A stretch of DNA of 32,000 nucleotides from Ignicoccus pacificus DSM 13166. Its GTDB lineage: Archaea > Thermoproteota > Thermoprotei_A > Sulfolobales > Ignicoccaceae. The stretch's first letter is position 1. Every line of letters begins with the position of its first letter. Shown piece by piece: positions 7,050 through 16,579 of this stretch. Both the position numbers and the translations under genes were made by a program. Under the pieces are notes generated by a model that was not told where the DNA came from, made no database searches, and saw nothing but the letters and a program-made list of their open reading frames with translations. The stretch spans positions 660,001-692,000 of the forward strand of contig CP006868.1 in assembly GCA_025340205.1 (NCBI GenBank), written 5' to 3'.

Positions 7050-10000
7050 CATCTGTGAAGAAGTATACCGCCCCAGCGATAATAGCGATTGCACTGATCT
7101 TTGCAATAATAGCGTCGAGAGCAACCATAACTAAGACTTCTTCGATATCGATGATACTGTCACCAAACGCCGAATCCATGAAGGTAAGCTTACTAACAAA
7201 GTCATCCAAGACTACCCTTTCATCAAACGCTGTACTCATAATCGAAACAAAGGAGAAGTACTCCGCATTATCACCAAAGTTCTATAGAGAACTTCATGGC
7301 GCTATCTACAAGTACGGCTTGAACGTCTCTATGGATTACTACACTCTCAGGTCGAAGATCGAGAATAGTATATTGAAAGGAATATTCAACTACACTAAGA
7401 CCTATTACCCCTACATATCCTACTTGAAGAGCTTAGTAAATCAGCTCGATGCTGTATCATTCTACGTGATAGGTGCTCTGGAAAGCGCTTGGAAGCTTAA
7501 GCTCTTCTTAGTTAACCTTCCTAAGTTTTACCATCAGAACTACCAACGGTCCTTGGAATTCGTGAAGGCTGTTAACCATTTTGAAAAGAAATTCTATTAC
7601 ATGGAATTAAACGCTTCCGAAAACTTGGTATATGCGGAGTACAACGTGACCCAGCTGTTATATGAGATAAAAAGGGCCTATGAACTGTTCATTGCTGTTA
7701 ATAAAGCATTCAGCAACTTAACTATGTTATTCAAGAAGGCCCTCTACTTAGAGTGCTCTAATGGAACTCTTTCGATAAGGTTCATCAGTAACTATCTGGA
7801 AGAACATAGCAAAGGCTTAGCCAACTCCATGGCCCCAGTCTTCTCTGGGGCGGTGTTCGACACGGCCCTCGTGTGGCCAGGTAACTTAACCTCTATATGC
7901 AAGAAAAAGGAGCAATTCAACTACTTCGTTATGCAAGTTCTAGCGCGCTTCATCTCGATAGCACCCAATCAGATGCAAGATCTGCTTTCCCACAAGTATC
8001 TGCTACCCAAAGAGACCGTTAGAGCTCTCAGCACCTTAGCCTTGAGTATAGGTCCAAACGCTACAAGAGATATAATAAACTCAGCGCTCTCGGAGGCATT
8101 GAGAGTCATTTTCAATCTTGATACAAAAACTACTACCTTAGCGTTAAAGGCGATAAACGGCGACCGCGAGGCGTTCGCTTCCCTTGTAATACTATTCAGC
8201 GGGATATCAGATCCTTGTTTGACCAAGGTAGCTTACGAGAGCCTAATTACCAACACTTCCTTCACCTTTAACGTCAATGAATGTGAATTACAAAAGCTGA
8301 GGAATCTGGCTGAAAGATACGCTCCCAAGCCATACGACCCTTCCGTGTTAGAAGCGGCTATGGCATATGGGAGCCTCAACGGTCAATGGGCAAAGTATCT
8401 CACTTTCTACACAACTTACATGACTTTACTCTCCAAATCCATTCCTCCACAGATAGCCTACTCTATTGCTTCTACGGGAGAGGTAAAGAACCTCACAAAA
8501 GTACTATATATATACTTGAATAATAGTGGAACTTTGTACGCCAAGGAAATAGCAATAGCTACCGCTACTTCGAAGGACTTTGAACATGCCAGGAGGAAGG
8601 CCTTACTGCTCGTCTTCAGCAAGTTTGCCAAAGAAATGGTGTCGGGAGGCCTCAGCCCTGAAGCGGTCTCTGTGTTGCTTAATTACTTGTTAGCCTGGAG
8701 TCCTGGCTTAACTAACGAGATGATTAACGAAATTGTCTACAAGACTGCGTTGATAGAACTTCAGCAGAAGGCTTCCCAAAATCCCTTCTTACCCCTAATC
8801 AATAAGGTAATAGATCTTAATTCATTTATCAAGAAGGTAGTATGGTGTAACTCACTCAAATGTGCACTAGAGGTATCGAAGGAATATGGCATAATTGCGT
8901 CTAACAATTTCATGGAAAAATACGTTACTCTAGATGTTTTAGTTGGTAAAGACGGTAAACACCTTATAGTAATGTTATCTGGCGACGTCACATATCCTAA
9001 GGTTCTCTCGATATCATCAGAATTGAAGAAGCTGAGAGAGGTCAAGTCCGTTAGCTATACGGGTAGAAGTCTTCTTAACACCGATATACAGAGAAGCGTT
9101 ACCAAGAGCTTGGATGAAATAAACAAGATAGCTACCATATTCGTCTTAATAGCACTCCTCTTCAGCACGAGGAGCTTGAAACTCTCCATAATTCCCGTAA
9201 TAATAATATATATCGTATTACAATACTACAAAGTCTTAGTACTCTTAGTATCAAATTTAATTAAGGTTTATCCATCTAGCATAGATCTCATCGTAGCTAC
9301 TGCAACTATCTTGGGTATGGGAATAGATTACTCCCTGTACGCCGCTCACAAGTACTCGGTTGAAAGATCTATCAAGAAAGCGCTAAGACCTGTCTTGTTA
9401 GCATCTTCGATGGCATCGACGGGATTCATAATATTCGGCCTACTTTCCGTAATTCTACTCCCAAGCTTGGCAACCTTAGGTCTCTTCATCCCTCTTGCGA
9501 TAATGTTCACAGCAACAGTAGGACCTTTGCTCACTTTCACAATAGTAGACTTGATAAAGATTCAAGAGGAAGAAGAGGTAAGGAAGATACCGTTCTTAAC
9601 TGCAGTATCGATAGATTTCCCCAAGCTAACTATATTCACGGTGTTGATTCTGGCTGCTATCTCGCTATACGTCATAAGGGTAGCCCCACCCGGCTATGAC
9701 CTCTTCCTCTTCCTTCCATCGAATGCTCCCTCCGCCCAAGGCCTCAAGGTACTTCAAGACTACTCCAGTCCCGGAATTACCGGACCAACTGTAGTGTTGC
9801 TCAAGCTCAAACAGAACGCCAGCCTAGTTGAGGCGGGCAAGCAAGTTGAGTCGCTCATCCAGTACTTCCTCGAAGGCGGATACTTCGATCACGCCTTCAC
9901 CTTCACAAGGCCTTTGGGTAAATTCATATCGTACAACCCTGAGGTTCTAAAGGTCGTCGGCGGCTTTAACTACATTCAAGGGAATTACATCAAGTTATAC

Positions 10001-10690
10001 TTGCTCCCACATTACCCTCCGGACAGCAATAAGATGATTGAGTACATCAAGTTCATGAGGCAATTCATTCATGAATGGCTCAAGAAGAGGGGGAAGGCGT
10101 TTGACGAAGCCCTAGTAGGCGGCGAGAGCGCTATGAATTACGACCTCTCAACGATAACTAATACGATAATACTCAACTACATACTACCATCAATGATACT
10201 CATAATGGCTGCCGTACTGACCTTGGCATTCCAGAGGCCGGAGTTCGTCGTGTCGGCTCTCTTCGGAACTATTCTCCCAATGATAGTGGCCTTAGGCGCA
10301 GCTGACGTGGTCTTCAAGGTAATCTTTCACTTGCCACTGCTATGGGTAGTGGCGCCGCTACTCGTCACGACCGTGCTAAGCGTCGGTAGCGATTACTTAG
10401 TATTCTACTTGTTCGGAATTAAGGAGAGTTTCGAGGAGTGCAAGTTAGTGATAGATGGCGAGTGCTTGGAAAAGCTTTCCGTACTACTTTACAGCTCAGC
10501 GAAGCTCTCAAAGCTGATAATGGGATTCGCCACCACCTTCGCCGTGGCTTACTTCGCCTTGCTCGTTTCCAACATATGGGCACTGAAGCAGATAGGTTTG
10601 GCATTAGGCCTTTCAGCGCTACTATTGCTCATATCCATAGCATACACCTTAGTACCCGCCGTACTGTCACTAGCGTACAGGAGGCGATGA
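7046..10690 (+). CDS. very large MMPL/RND-superfamily (COG1033-like) membrane protein with an expanded N-terminal ectodomain
   Basis: 1,214 aa. One N-terminal TM is followed by about 650 aa of non-membrane sequence rich in N-x-S/T sequons. Two six-helix bundles then carry the paired signatures GMGIDYSLY and SVGSDYLVFY, separated by a second soluble loop of about 180 aa. Confidence 0.65.
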   Translation: MTSVKKYTAPAIIAIALIFAIIASRATITKTSSISMILSPNAESMKVSLLTKSSKTTLSSNAVLIIETKEKYSALSPKFYRELHGAIYKYGLNVSMDYYTLRSKIENSILKGIFNYTKTYYPYISYLKSLVNQLDAVSFYVIGALESAWKLKLFLVNLPKFYHQNYQRSLEFVKAVNHFEKKFYYMELNASENLVYAEYNVTQLLYEIKRAYELFIAVNKAFSNLTMLFKKALYLECSNGTLSIRFISNYLEEHSKGLANSMAPVFSGAVFDTALVWPGNLTSICKKKEQFNYFVMQVLARFISIAPNQMQDLLSHKYLLPKETVRALSTLALSIGPNATRDIINSALSEALRVIFNLDTKTTTLALKAINGDREAFASLVILFSGISDPCLTKVAYESLITNTSFTFNVNECELQKLRNLAERYAPKPYDPSVLEAAMAYGSLNGQWAKYLTFYTTYMTLLSKSIPPQIAYSIASTGEVKNLTKVLYIYLNNSGTLYAKEIAIATATSKDFEHARRKALLLVFSKFAKEMVSGGLSPEAVSVLLNYLLAWSPGLTNEMINEIVYKTALIELQQKASQNPFLPLINKVIDLNSFIKKVVWCNSLKCALEVSKEYGIIASNNFMEKYVTLDVLVGKDGKHLIVMLSGDVTYPKVLSISSELKKLREVKSVSYTGRSLLNTDIQRSVTKSLDEINKIATIFVLIALLFSTRSLKLSIIPVIIIYIVLQYYKVLVLLVSNLIKVYPSSIDLIVATATILGMGIDYSLYAAHKYSVERSIKKALRPVLLASSMASTGFIIFGLLSVILLPSLATLGLFIPLAIMFTATVGPLLTFTIVDLIKIQEEEEVRKIPFLTAVSIDFPKLTIFTVLILAAISLYVIRVAPPGYDLFLFLPSNAPSAQGLKVLQDYSSPGITGPTVVLLKLKQNASLVEAGKQVESLIQYFLEGGYFDHAFTFTRPLGKFISYNPEVLKVVGGFNYIQGNYIKLYLLPHYPPDSNKMIEYIKFMRQFIHEWLKKRGKAFDEALVGGESAMNYDLSTITNTIILNYILPSMILIMAAVLTLAFQRPEFVVSALFGTILPMIVALGAADVVFKVIFHLPLLWVVAPLLVTTVLSVGSDYLVFYLFGIKESFEECKLVIDGECLEKLSVLLYSSAKLSKLIMGFATTFAVAYFALLVSNIWALKQIGLALGLSALLLLISIAYTLVPAVLSLAYRRR

Positions 10691-10712
10691 GAGCCGCGTC
10701 GGAAGCTGAGCG

Positions 10713-11870
10713 GTGATGGTATTGGCTACATTTCGAGCCACTCTGAGAGCCCTCTACGTCTACTCCGCCATAATAGCAGTAGCGGGGAGCGTCCTCTATT
10801 CCGTCTTCGCACCTTATGCTAAGTCGGTGGGCATTGGTCCCTTCGAATACGGGATACTAACCGCCATCTTGACGCTTGTCGGCATGCTCTCAGCTCCCAT
10901 TTGGGGCTACCTCTCAGACAAGGTGGACCCGAGACTGCTCTTGGCAATAGCTTCCTTCACTGGCTCTTCCATTTTCCTCTTTCTGTTGATTAAAGCGAAG
11001 TGGGCTTATTACATGGCTGCGATGATGGCCGGAGTAACTGTCGGAAGCTCGGCTGTTTCCCAAGGACTAGTTGGAAAATTAGCTGAAGATAAAGATAAGG
11101 GCTTCGCCTATCTTCAGTTCTCTAACTTAATAGGAGGGGCTTTGGGGGCGCTCCTGGTCCTCACCGGCCTTTTCTCTAATTATAACCAAGCCTTCGCCTT
11201 TGGAGCGATGGTGATGATTTTCTCTTTGGCACCTTTAGCATTCATGAAGAGAGTCTCATTTAAGGTATCGATGCCCAAGCTCTCAGAACTTAAGGCTCTC
11301 CCTAGAGCAGTTTACTATATCTTCGCGTTTCAGCTGATCCTAGCGATAGGCGCAGCCGCTGGGGTTTGGATGATTGATTATTACTTCGTAAAGAAGTATA
11401 ACGTGGGAATGAGGTCAGTGGGCCTCTATGTTTTCCTCAGACAGACGAGCATTGCCTTGATGACTCTCCTTGTTCCGGATTTGAGTAAGAGAGAAGGAAG
11501 GCTTAAGGCCTATTTCTTGTTAGCTATACCGGCTACGGTACTTACGTTCATGGTTACGCTGGTCAACGACTTCTACTTAGCTTTGGCTCTAATAATAGCT
11601 AGGGGGGCTCTGATAAACGCCGGGAATCCGATAATAGATGCCATCTTGGCTGACTTCACTCCAAAGGAAATAATGGGAACGGTCATGGGTATACTTACTA
11701 CTTTGAATGCAATGGGAGCCACCTTAGGTAGGTTAATAGGCGGCTACTTAATGGAGATAGACGTGGAGTTACCCTTGCGATTTACTGCCCTGATGTACGC
11801 CTTAGGCATAGGTGAACTTGGTCTTACCATTGGTAGGAGATCTAAAGCTAGAACCTCCGAAGTAAGATGA
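10713..11870 (+). CDS. MFS-type transporter
   Basis: 385 aa with about 12 TM segments and a motif-A-like WGYLSDKVDPR. It starts 23 nt after the MMPL-like gene. Confidence 0.65.
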   Translation: MMVLATFRATLRALYVYSAIIAVAGSVLYSVFAPYAKSVGIGPFEYGILTAILTLVGMLSAPIWGYLSDKVDPRLLLAIASFTGSSIFLFLLIKAKWAYYMAAMMAGVTVGSSAVSQGLVGKLAEDKDKGFAYLQFSNLIGGALGALLVLTGLFSNYNQAFAFGAMVMIFSLAPLAFMKRVSFKVSMPKLSELKALPRAVYYIFAFQLILAIGAAAGVWMIDYYFVKKYNVGMRSVGLYVFLRQTSIALMTLLVPDLSKREGRLKAYFLLAIPATVLTFMVTLVNDFYLALALIIARGALINAGNPIIDAILADFTPKEIMGTVMGILTTLNAMGATLGRLIGGYLMEIDVELPLRFTALMYALGIGELGLTIGRRSKARTSEVR

Positions 11871-11882
11871 GGTGGAAGAAGG

Positions 11883-12068
11883 ATGCGCCTATGTCCCTTC
11901 ACGATAGCGTTCTTCGTGGTATTGAGTGCTGCTGAATCCTTGTACTTGTTCATATCCGTAGTGACCGGAAACTGGACGGGAGCTATCAACTCCTTGGGGG
12001 CGTTCTTCGTATTGATGTTGCTAACTTACTTGGTATCAGCTGTCTTAGCGCAGATGAACGTCTGCTAG
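11883..12068 (+). CDS. small two-TM membrane protein, hypothetical
   Basis: 61 aa with two clear hydrophobic helices. It lies 12 nt downstream of the MFS gene on the same strand. No family recognised. Confidence 0.3.
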   Translation: MRLCPFTIAFFVVLSAAESLYLFISVVTGNWTGAINSLGAFFVLMLLTYLVSAVLAQMNVC

Positions 12069-13166
12069 CTACTTAGCAAAGAGTATGAAGTCCGGTGGAG
12101 ATGACTTCCCTGATAGGTACAGCTTGTAATCCGGATTAGCGTTCAATATGATCTCAGGGAGGACCAGCAAGTCGTCCCACTTATGATAGGCGGCGAAGGC
12201 TAAGGTAGGTCTATACTCTTGCAAGACCTTCGAGAACGCCTTTAGGGCATATCTCTCATAGCCCTCTATATCAGATTTGATGAATATCTTATTTTTATTG
12301 AATTTTATTCCTAAGTTACTGAGGTCTACATCTTCCGAGATGAACTTATCTATTATTTTCCATGAAACGCGTTTCCTCCTTAGAAAGCTAGCCATTCTGT
12401 CTTCCCTCTCCAGATTCTCTTTTAATAGTTTCTTCACGTTTCCTGGTTCTATTGCATAGACGTCAACGTCCGATGCCTCTATAGCATACCACGCAATGGT
12501 CTCACCGGCATAAGCTCCGAGATCGATGAATATGCTATCGTTCTGTGGTCCAATATTATGTAAGTCGTCTTGATAGTTCCTAGCTATTAGACTTTCTGCA
12601 AGGAAAAACGGAAAAGTTTCAATGGTAAACAACCCTTTCACGTTAATTAGCTCAGTGAACTCATACGATCCCTCTCCCAGATATTGTAGACCATACTTGT
12701 TGAACACTTTGTCTAAGTTAGTATAGGCAAAGTTGTAACATTTCAAATTTAGCTTATAACAAGGTGATAGAGGGTAGACGGATTCTATGAACGCCATCTT
12801 GATATACTCAACAAAGAAACGCTTACTCGCTGCGTCATCGAACCTCTCGCAACCTTCAACCCACCTCTTCGGATCATCCCTTATACTCTTCCACGTCCTC
12901 CAAGCTCTGGCTGTTCCGAGAAGTTGTAGGGCTTGTTTAACTCCGAAACCCTTCGTTCTCCTCCACATAGCTTCCACTACATTTCTTTTCAGAACTATTA
13001 CTCCACCTAACTTCCTCAACACTCTGTTCAATAGACTGCCAGAGGGTTTCCTCCTAATGTTAGCTTCCGGGCTACCCATCATTATCTCTTCTGCAAACTC
13101 TGAGAGTTCCACTAGCAAGTTCATTAGTGTATCCTCAAAATTCTCTATTTCGGAGCAATGTGACAT
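12069..13166 (-). CDS. FkbM-family SAM-dependent methyltransferase with an N-terminal extension of about 200 aa
   Basis: 365 aa. The C-terminal half has FIDLGAYAGETIAWYA...VYAIEPGNVKKLLKENL...IKSDIEGYE, matching the FkbM pattern D-[IV]-GA-x-x-G...EP...K-x-DxEG-x-E. I do not recognise the N-terminal half. Confidence 0.65.
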   Translation of the reverse strand: MSHCSEIENFEDTLMNLLVELSEFAEEIMMGSPEANIRRKPSGSLLNRVLRKLGGVIVLKRNVVEAMWRRTKGFGVKQALQLLGTARAWRTWKSIRDDPKRWVEGCERFDDAASKRFFVEYIKMAFIESVYPLSPCYKLNLKCYNFAYTNLDKVFNKYGLQYLGEGSYEFTELINVKGLFTIETFPFFLAESLIARNYQDDLHNIGPQNDSIFIDLGAYAGETIAWYAIEASDVDVYAIEPGNVKKLLKENLEREDRMASFLRRKRVSWKIIDKFISEDVDLSNLGIKFNKNKIFIKSDIEGYERYALKAFSKVLQEYRPTLAFAAYHKWDDLLVLPEIILNANPDYKLYLSGKSSPPDFILFAK

Positions 13167-13285
13167 GTCTGACCCTGAGATTGAGAATACTCCAAAGTCT
13201 AAATCTGCATCCGATACTCTAGTGTTATTTTATATAGCATAGCGTTTTACGCCGAGAAATCAGTCAAAACAGGGGTTCTGAGAAA

Positions 13286-15454
13286 ATGATAGCATTAGGC
13301 ATAACAGCACCACTAGGTCACGATTTAACGCTTGCCGTCGTCCTTGACGGAGAACTAAAGCTCGCTGTTGAGCTAGAGAGATTGTCTAGGTTTAAACATA
13401 ACTATCCTAAACTAAGATCTCTTACCACACAAGGCAACTATGCTGAAGTCCGAAGGACTGAAATGTACTCATTAGTTATCGGATTACGCAAAGTTGATAA
13501 ATACCTTAACAAAAAATATGGTGTTAGACTTTACGACGCAGATGTTATTGCAATTCACGCCGACCCAAAAGTCTTAGATTCTCATCGCTCTGATATACTA
13601 TCATATTGTAACTCACTTTCACCAGATGATTTTAAATACGTTAAATACGTTCATCTACCTCCTAACGCGCTTTCGTTAATACACCTCTTGGAAGATTATT
13701 GGAGACTTACTGATCTAATGCATGAATCGAGAATAATTCAAGACGTCGGTAGAGTTGAGCGAGAGTTCGAGAAATTAGAAAAGTTGGATAGCATCTCTAC
13801 TGTAATACGCAGAAACTCTGTGCTACCAATGTTAGATCTCGTAAAGAGTATTTGGTCTTATATCATGTTGTCGCCATCAGTACCGCTAAGTCTCAAGCTC
13901 AAAATTAGAAAAGCCTTGAAGGAGGAAGACGTGCGCTTAATGCATGAAATCTCGAGAATCATGAAGAACATTTACAGTTCATATAAGAAGGCTATTTCAA
14001 AAAAAGATTGCACATCTCTGATCCACCTCAATACAATCTCCTTAACCTACCACGCTGCTGATATTATAAGAGTAGCATGGAAGTTAGCATTTAACCGAGA
14101 ACCACCAAGATTCGTATTTGTATCACACCATCTGACGCATGCAGCGTCAGCGTACTATACTTCCGGCATGAATAAGGCCGTGGGAGTGGTAATAGACTCC
14201 AGAGGCGAATGGGAGTCTACTTCGATATGGAGCATAAAAGATGGGGAGTTCGAGAGAATAGCTTCGTTATCACATCCGAAATATAGTTTGGGCATATTCT
14301 ATCAAGAATCTGGCGAGTGGATAGGTTACGGCGGATTAGAGGGGCCAGCCAAGATAATGGGTCTGGCTCCCTACGGTAAACCCAACGAGAAGTTTACTAA
14401 TGTAATAAACGAGCTCCTAAAGGTTTTCGACGAACCGAAGGATGTTCCTTATAGAATTGAAAAGGTGAAGTCCTCGGTTGCTGTCTTAGATTACTTGAAG
14501 TCCGTCTTGGGAGAACCTATAAAGTGGGATAAAAATGGGAAACCATTGAATAGAGATGCTACCGACTTCGCGTGGGCTTTACAACATAGAGTAGAAGAGG
14601 CTTACTTAGCTACCATGCGCTGGGCCAAGGAGTTAACGGGTCTCAAAGAGGCAGTGATCGCTGGAGGCGTCGCGCTGAACGCTAAAGCCAATATGGAGCT
14701 CTTATATTCTGATATATTCAACGACTTCTTCGTGTTTCCAGCTGCCAACGACGCTGGAACTGCCGTGGGAGCTGCATTATGGGCATACGAGCACGTCCTT
14801 GGAGGTAAGGTAAAGAACGTCAAAATAGAGAACGTGTTTTGGGGACTTGAGCACGACGAGGAGGACATAGAAGAAGCTCTAAATCTTGCTAAGAGGATGA
14901 ATTATCGCATAGAAAAGGATGTAGACATAGAACACCTAGTCGATAAATTACTAAAGAATGAACTCGTAGTAGTGTATCAAGGAAGGGCGGAGTTCGGACC
15001 TAGGGCACTAGGTCATAGAAGCATAGTTGCTGATCCAAGAATTGCGGAGAACTGGGAAAGGGTGAACTTCCACAAAGGAAGGGAATGGTGGAGACCCTTA
15101 GCCCCCTCGTTGCTACTCGACCATGCTAAAGAGTACTTTATCAAAGGCGAACATCTCCCCTTCATGATAGTCATGGAAAGATACAAGGACGAAGAGGTTT
15201 GTAAGAGAGTGCCCGTGGTTTGTCATGTGGACAGAACAGCTAGACCTCAAACGGTGACTACTTCGATCGACAGAAACTGGTACAACCTGATTAGAGCGTT
15301 CGGACAAGAAACCGGTGAGTACATAGTAATGAACACTAGCTTCAATCTAGGAGGAGAGCCGCTCGTAGAGACGCCGGCTCAAGCAGTGCTTAGCTTCACC
15401 TTCGGAGGCTTTGACGCCTTGTGGTTAGAGGGTTACTTGATCTCGAGGAGGTGA
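13286..15454 (+). CDS. NodU/CmcH/TobZ-type carbamoyltransferase with a large insertion in the N-terminal domain
   Basis: 722 aa. Motifs seen are IALGI...GHDLTLAVV...ERLSRFKH, SHHLTHAASAYYTSG, GRAEFGPRALGHRSIVADPR, HVDRTARPQTV and NTSFNLGGEPLVETP. Confidence 0.85.
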   Translation: MIALGITAPLGHDLTLAVVLDGELKLAVELERLSRFKHNYPKLRSLTTQGNYAEVRRTEMYSLVIGLRKVDKYLNKKYGVRLYDADVIAIHADPKVLDSHRSDILSYCNSLSPDDFKYVKYVHLPPNALSLIHLLEDYWRLTDLMHESRIIQDVGRVEREFEKLEKLDSISTVIRRNSVLPMLDLVKSIWSYIMLSPSVPLSLKLKIRKALKEEDVRLMHEISRIMKNIYSSYKKAISKKDCTSLIHLNTISLTYHAADIIRVAWKLAFNREPPRFVFVSHHLTHAASAYYTSGMNKAVGVVIDSRGEWESTSIWSIKDGEFERIASLSHPKYSLGIFYQESGEWIGYGGLEGPAKIMGLAPYGKPNEKFTNVINELLKVFDEPKDVPYRIEKVKSSVAVLDYLKSVLGEPIKWDKNGKPLNRDATDFAWALQHRVEEAYLATMRWAKELTGLKEAVIAGGVALNAKANMELLYSDIFNDFFVFPAANDAGTAVGAALWAYEHVLGGKVKNVKIENVFWGLEHDEEDIEEALNLAKRMNYRIEKDVDIEHLVDKLLKNELVVVYQGRAEFGPRALGHRSIVADPRIAENWERVNFHKGREWWRPLAPSLLLDHAKEYFIKGEHLPFMIVMERYKDEEVCKRVPVVCHVDRTARPQTVTTSIDRNWYNLIRAFGQETGEYIVMNTSFNLGGEPLVETPAQAVLSFTFGGFDALWLEGYLISRR

Positions 15455-15474
15455 AGAAAACTAAAGAAATTTCG

Positions 15475-16464
15475 TTACTCTTCGAGGCCCATCATCTTCC
15501 TTAGCTCCTTCCCAACCTTCTCAGCGGGATGGTTCTTCACCTTTTCCATAAGCTCGTTGAGGGTCGGCATACCCTTCTTGTACTCCTCTACCCATTCCTT
15601 GGCGAACTCTCCGTTAAGTACCCTTTCAGAGGCCTTCTTCATGTTCTCCTTAACGTGCTCATCTATTACCTTAGGTCCGACGGTCAGTCCTCCGTACTTG
15701 GCAGTGTCACTAACCCTCTTGAGCATTCCGTAGAATCCATACTGCCATATCAAATCCATAATCAACTTAGCCTCGTTTATGGCCTCGAAGTAGGCAACCT
15801 CTGGCTGGTAGCCTAACTCTACTAGGTTCTCGAATCCCTTTAGGAGTAGCTCCATCAGACCTCCTACTAGAACTGTCTGCTCACCTATTAGGTCGGTCTC
15901 GGTCTCCTCCTTGAAGGTGGTCTTTATCACTCCGGCTCTGGTGCATCCGATTGCCTTGGCTATAGCTAGGACTAGGTCCCAAGCCTTTCCAGTTGCGTCT
16001 TGGTGAACGGCCACCAGAGCTGGAACACCTCTTCCTTGCTCATAAGCCTCTCTGACCTTGGGGCCGGGACTCTTGGGGGCCACCATAACCACATCAACGT
16101 ACTTAGGAGGCTTGATCAAGCCGAAATGTATGTTAAATCCATGAGCGAAGACTAGAGCGTCACCCTCTTTCAAGTTGGGTTCGATGTACTTCTCGTAAAT
16201 CTCCGGCTGAGCCATGTCTGGTATTAGCATTATTATTACGTCGGCTTCCTTAGCGGCCTCGGGAATGGGCTTAGGTTTGAAGCCGTCTTGCTCAGCCAGC
16301 TTCCAGCTCTTGCCCTCGGGTCTGAGACCCACAACCACGTCTATTCCGGAATCCCTCATGTTGAGGGCCCATGCTCTTCCTTGAGATCCATATCCTATTA
16401 CAGCTACCTTCCTGCCCTTTAGAGGCTCGAGGGAAACCTCATCGTCCTTCCATATCTGTGCCAC
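15475..16464 (-). CDS. ilvC: ketol-acid reductoisomerase (class I)
   Basis: 329 aa with a GTG start. [21 protein letters not shown] Rossmann motif, ...FAHGFNIHF..., ...[14 protein letters not shown].... Confidence 0.95.
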   Translation of the reverse strand: MAQIWKDDEVSLEPLKGRKVAVIGYGSQGRAWALNMRDSGIDVVVGLRPEGKSWKLAEQDGFKPKPIPEAAKEADVIIMLIPDMAQPEIYEKYIEPNLKEGDALVFAHGFNIHFGLIKPPKYVDVVMVAPKSPGPKVREAYEQGRGVPALVAVHQDATGKAWDLVLAIAKAIGCTRAGVIKTTFKEETETDLIGEQTVLVGGLMELLLKGFENLVELGYQPEVAYFEAINEAKLIMDLIWQYGFYGMLKRVSDTAKYGGLTVGPKVIDEHVKENMKKASERVLNGEFAKEWVEEYKKGMPTLNELMEKVKNHPAEKVGKELRKMMGLEE

Positions 16465-16496
16465 GCGTGAACACCGCTAGGAGGAGTTTAGGGGAG

Positions 16497-16503
16497 TATA
16501 TAT
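16497..16503 (-). promoter_or_regulatory. TATA box for ilvC
   Basis: The minus strand reads GTCGAA-TATATAC, 33-39 nt upstream of the ilvC GTG at 16464. Confidence 0.4.
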
Positions 16504-16536
16504 TCGACTGTTTCCTCGAAGCACCACAGCTAAAAC

Positions 16537-16543
16537 TTATATA
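16537..16543 (+). promoter_or_regulatory. BRE/TATA for the thermosome gene
   Basis: GCTAAAAC-TTATATA-G lies 37-43 nt upstream of the ATG at 16580. Confidence 0.45.
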
Positions 16544-16579
16544 GAAGCGTTGAGCACCGCTTCATGGTGGGTGAGCACG

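Noticed and set aside
10438-10716. A 92-aa plus-strand ORF overlapping the end of the MMPL-like gene.
   Set aside because: It is an out-of-frame overlap with the conserved final TM bundle. The Arg-rich sequence looks like a frame artefact.
16550-16579. N-terminal extensions proposed by the ORF track: thermosome from the TTG at 16550, and similarly 20250 for the NTase gene and 18724 for the PIN gene.
   Set aside because: Conserved N-termini, ATG codons, a Shine-Dalgarno-like or ATGA coupling context and TATA spacing all favour the downstream starts at 16580, 20349 and 18697.
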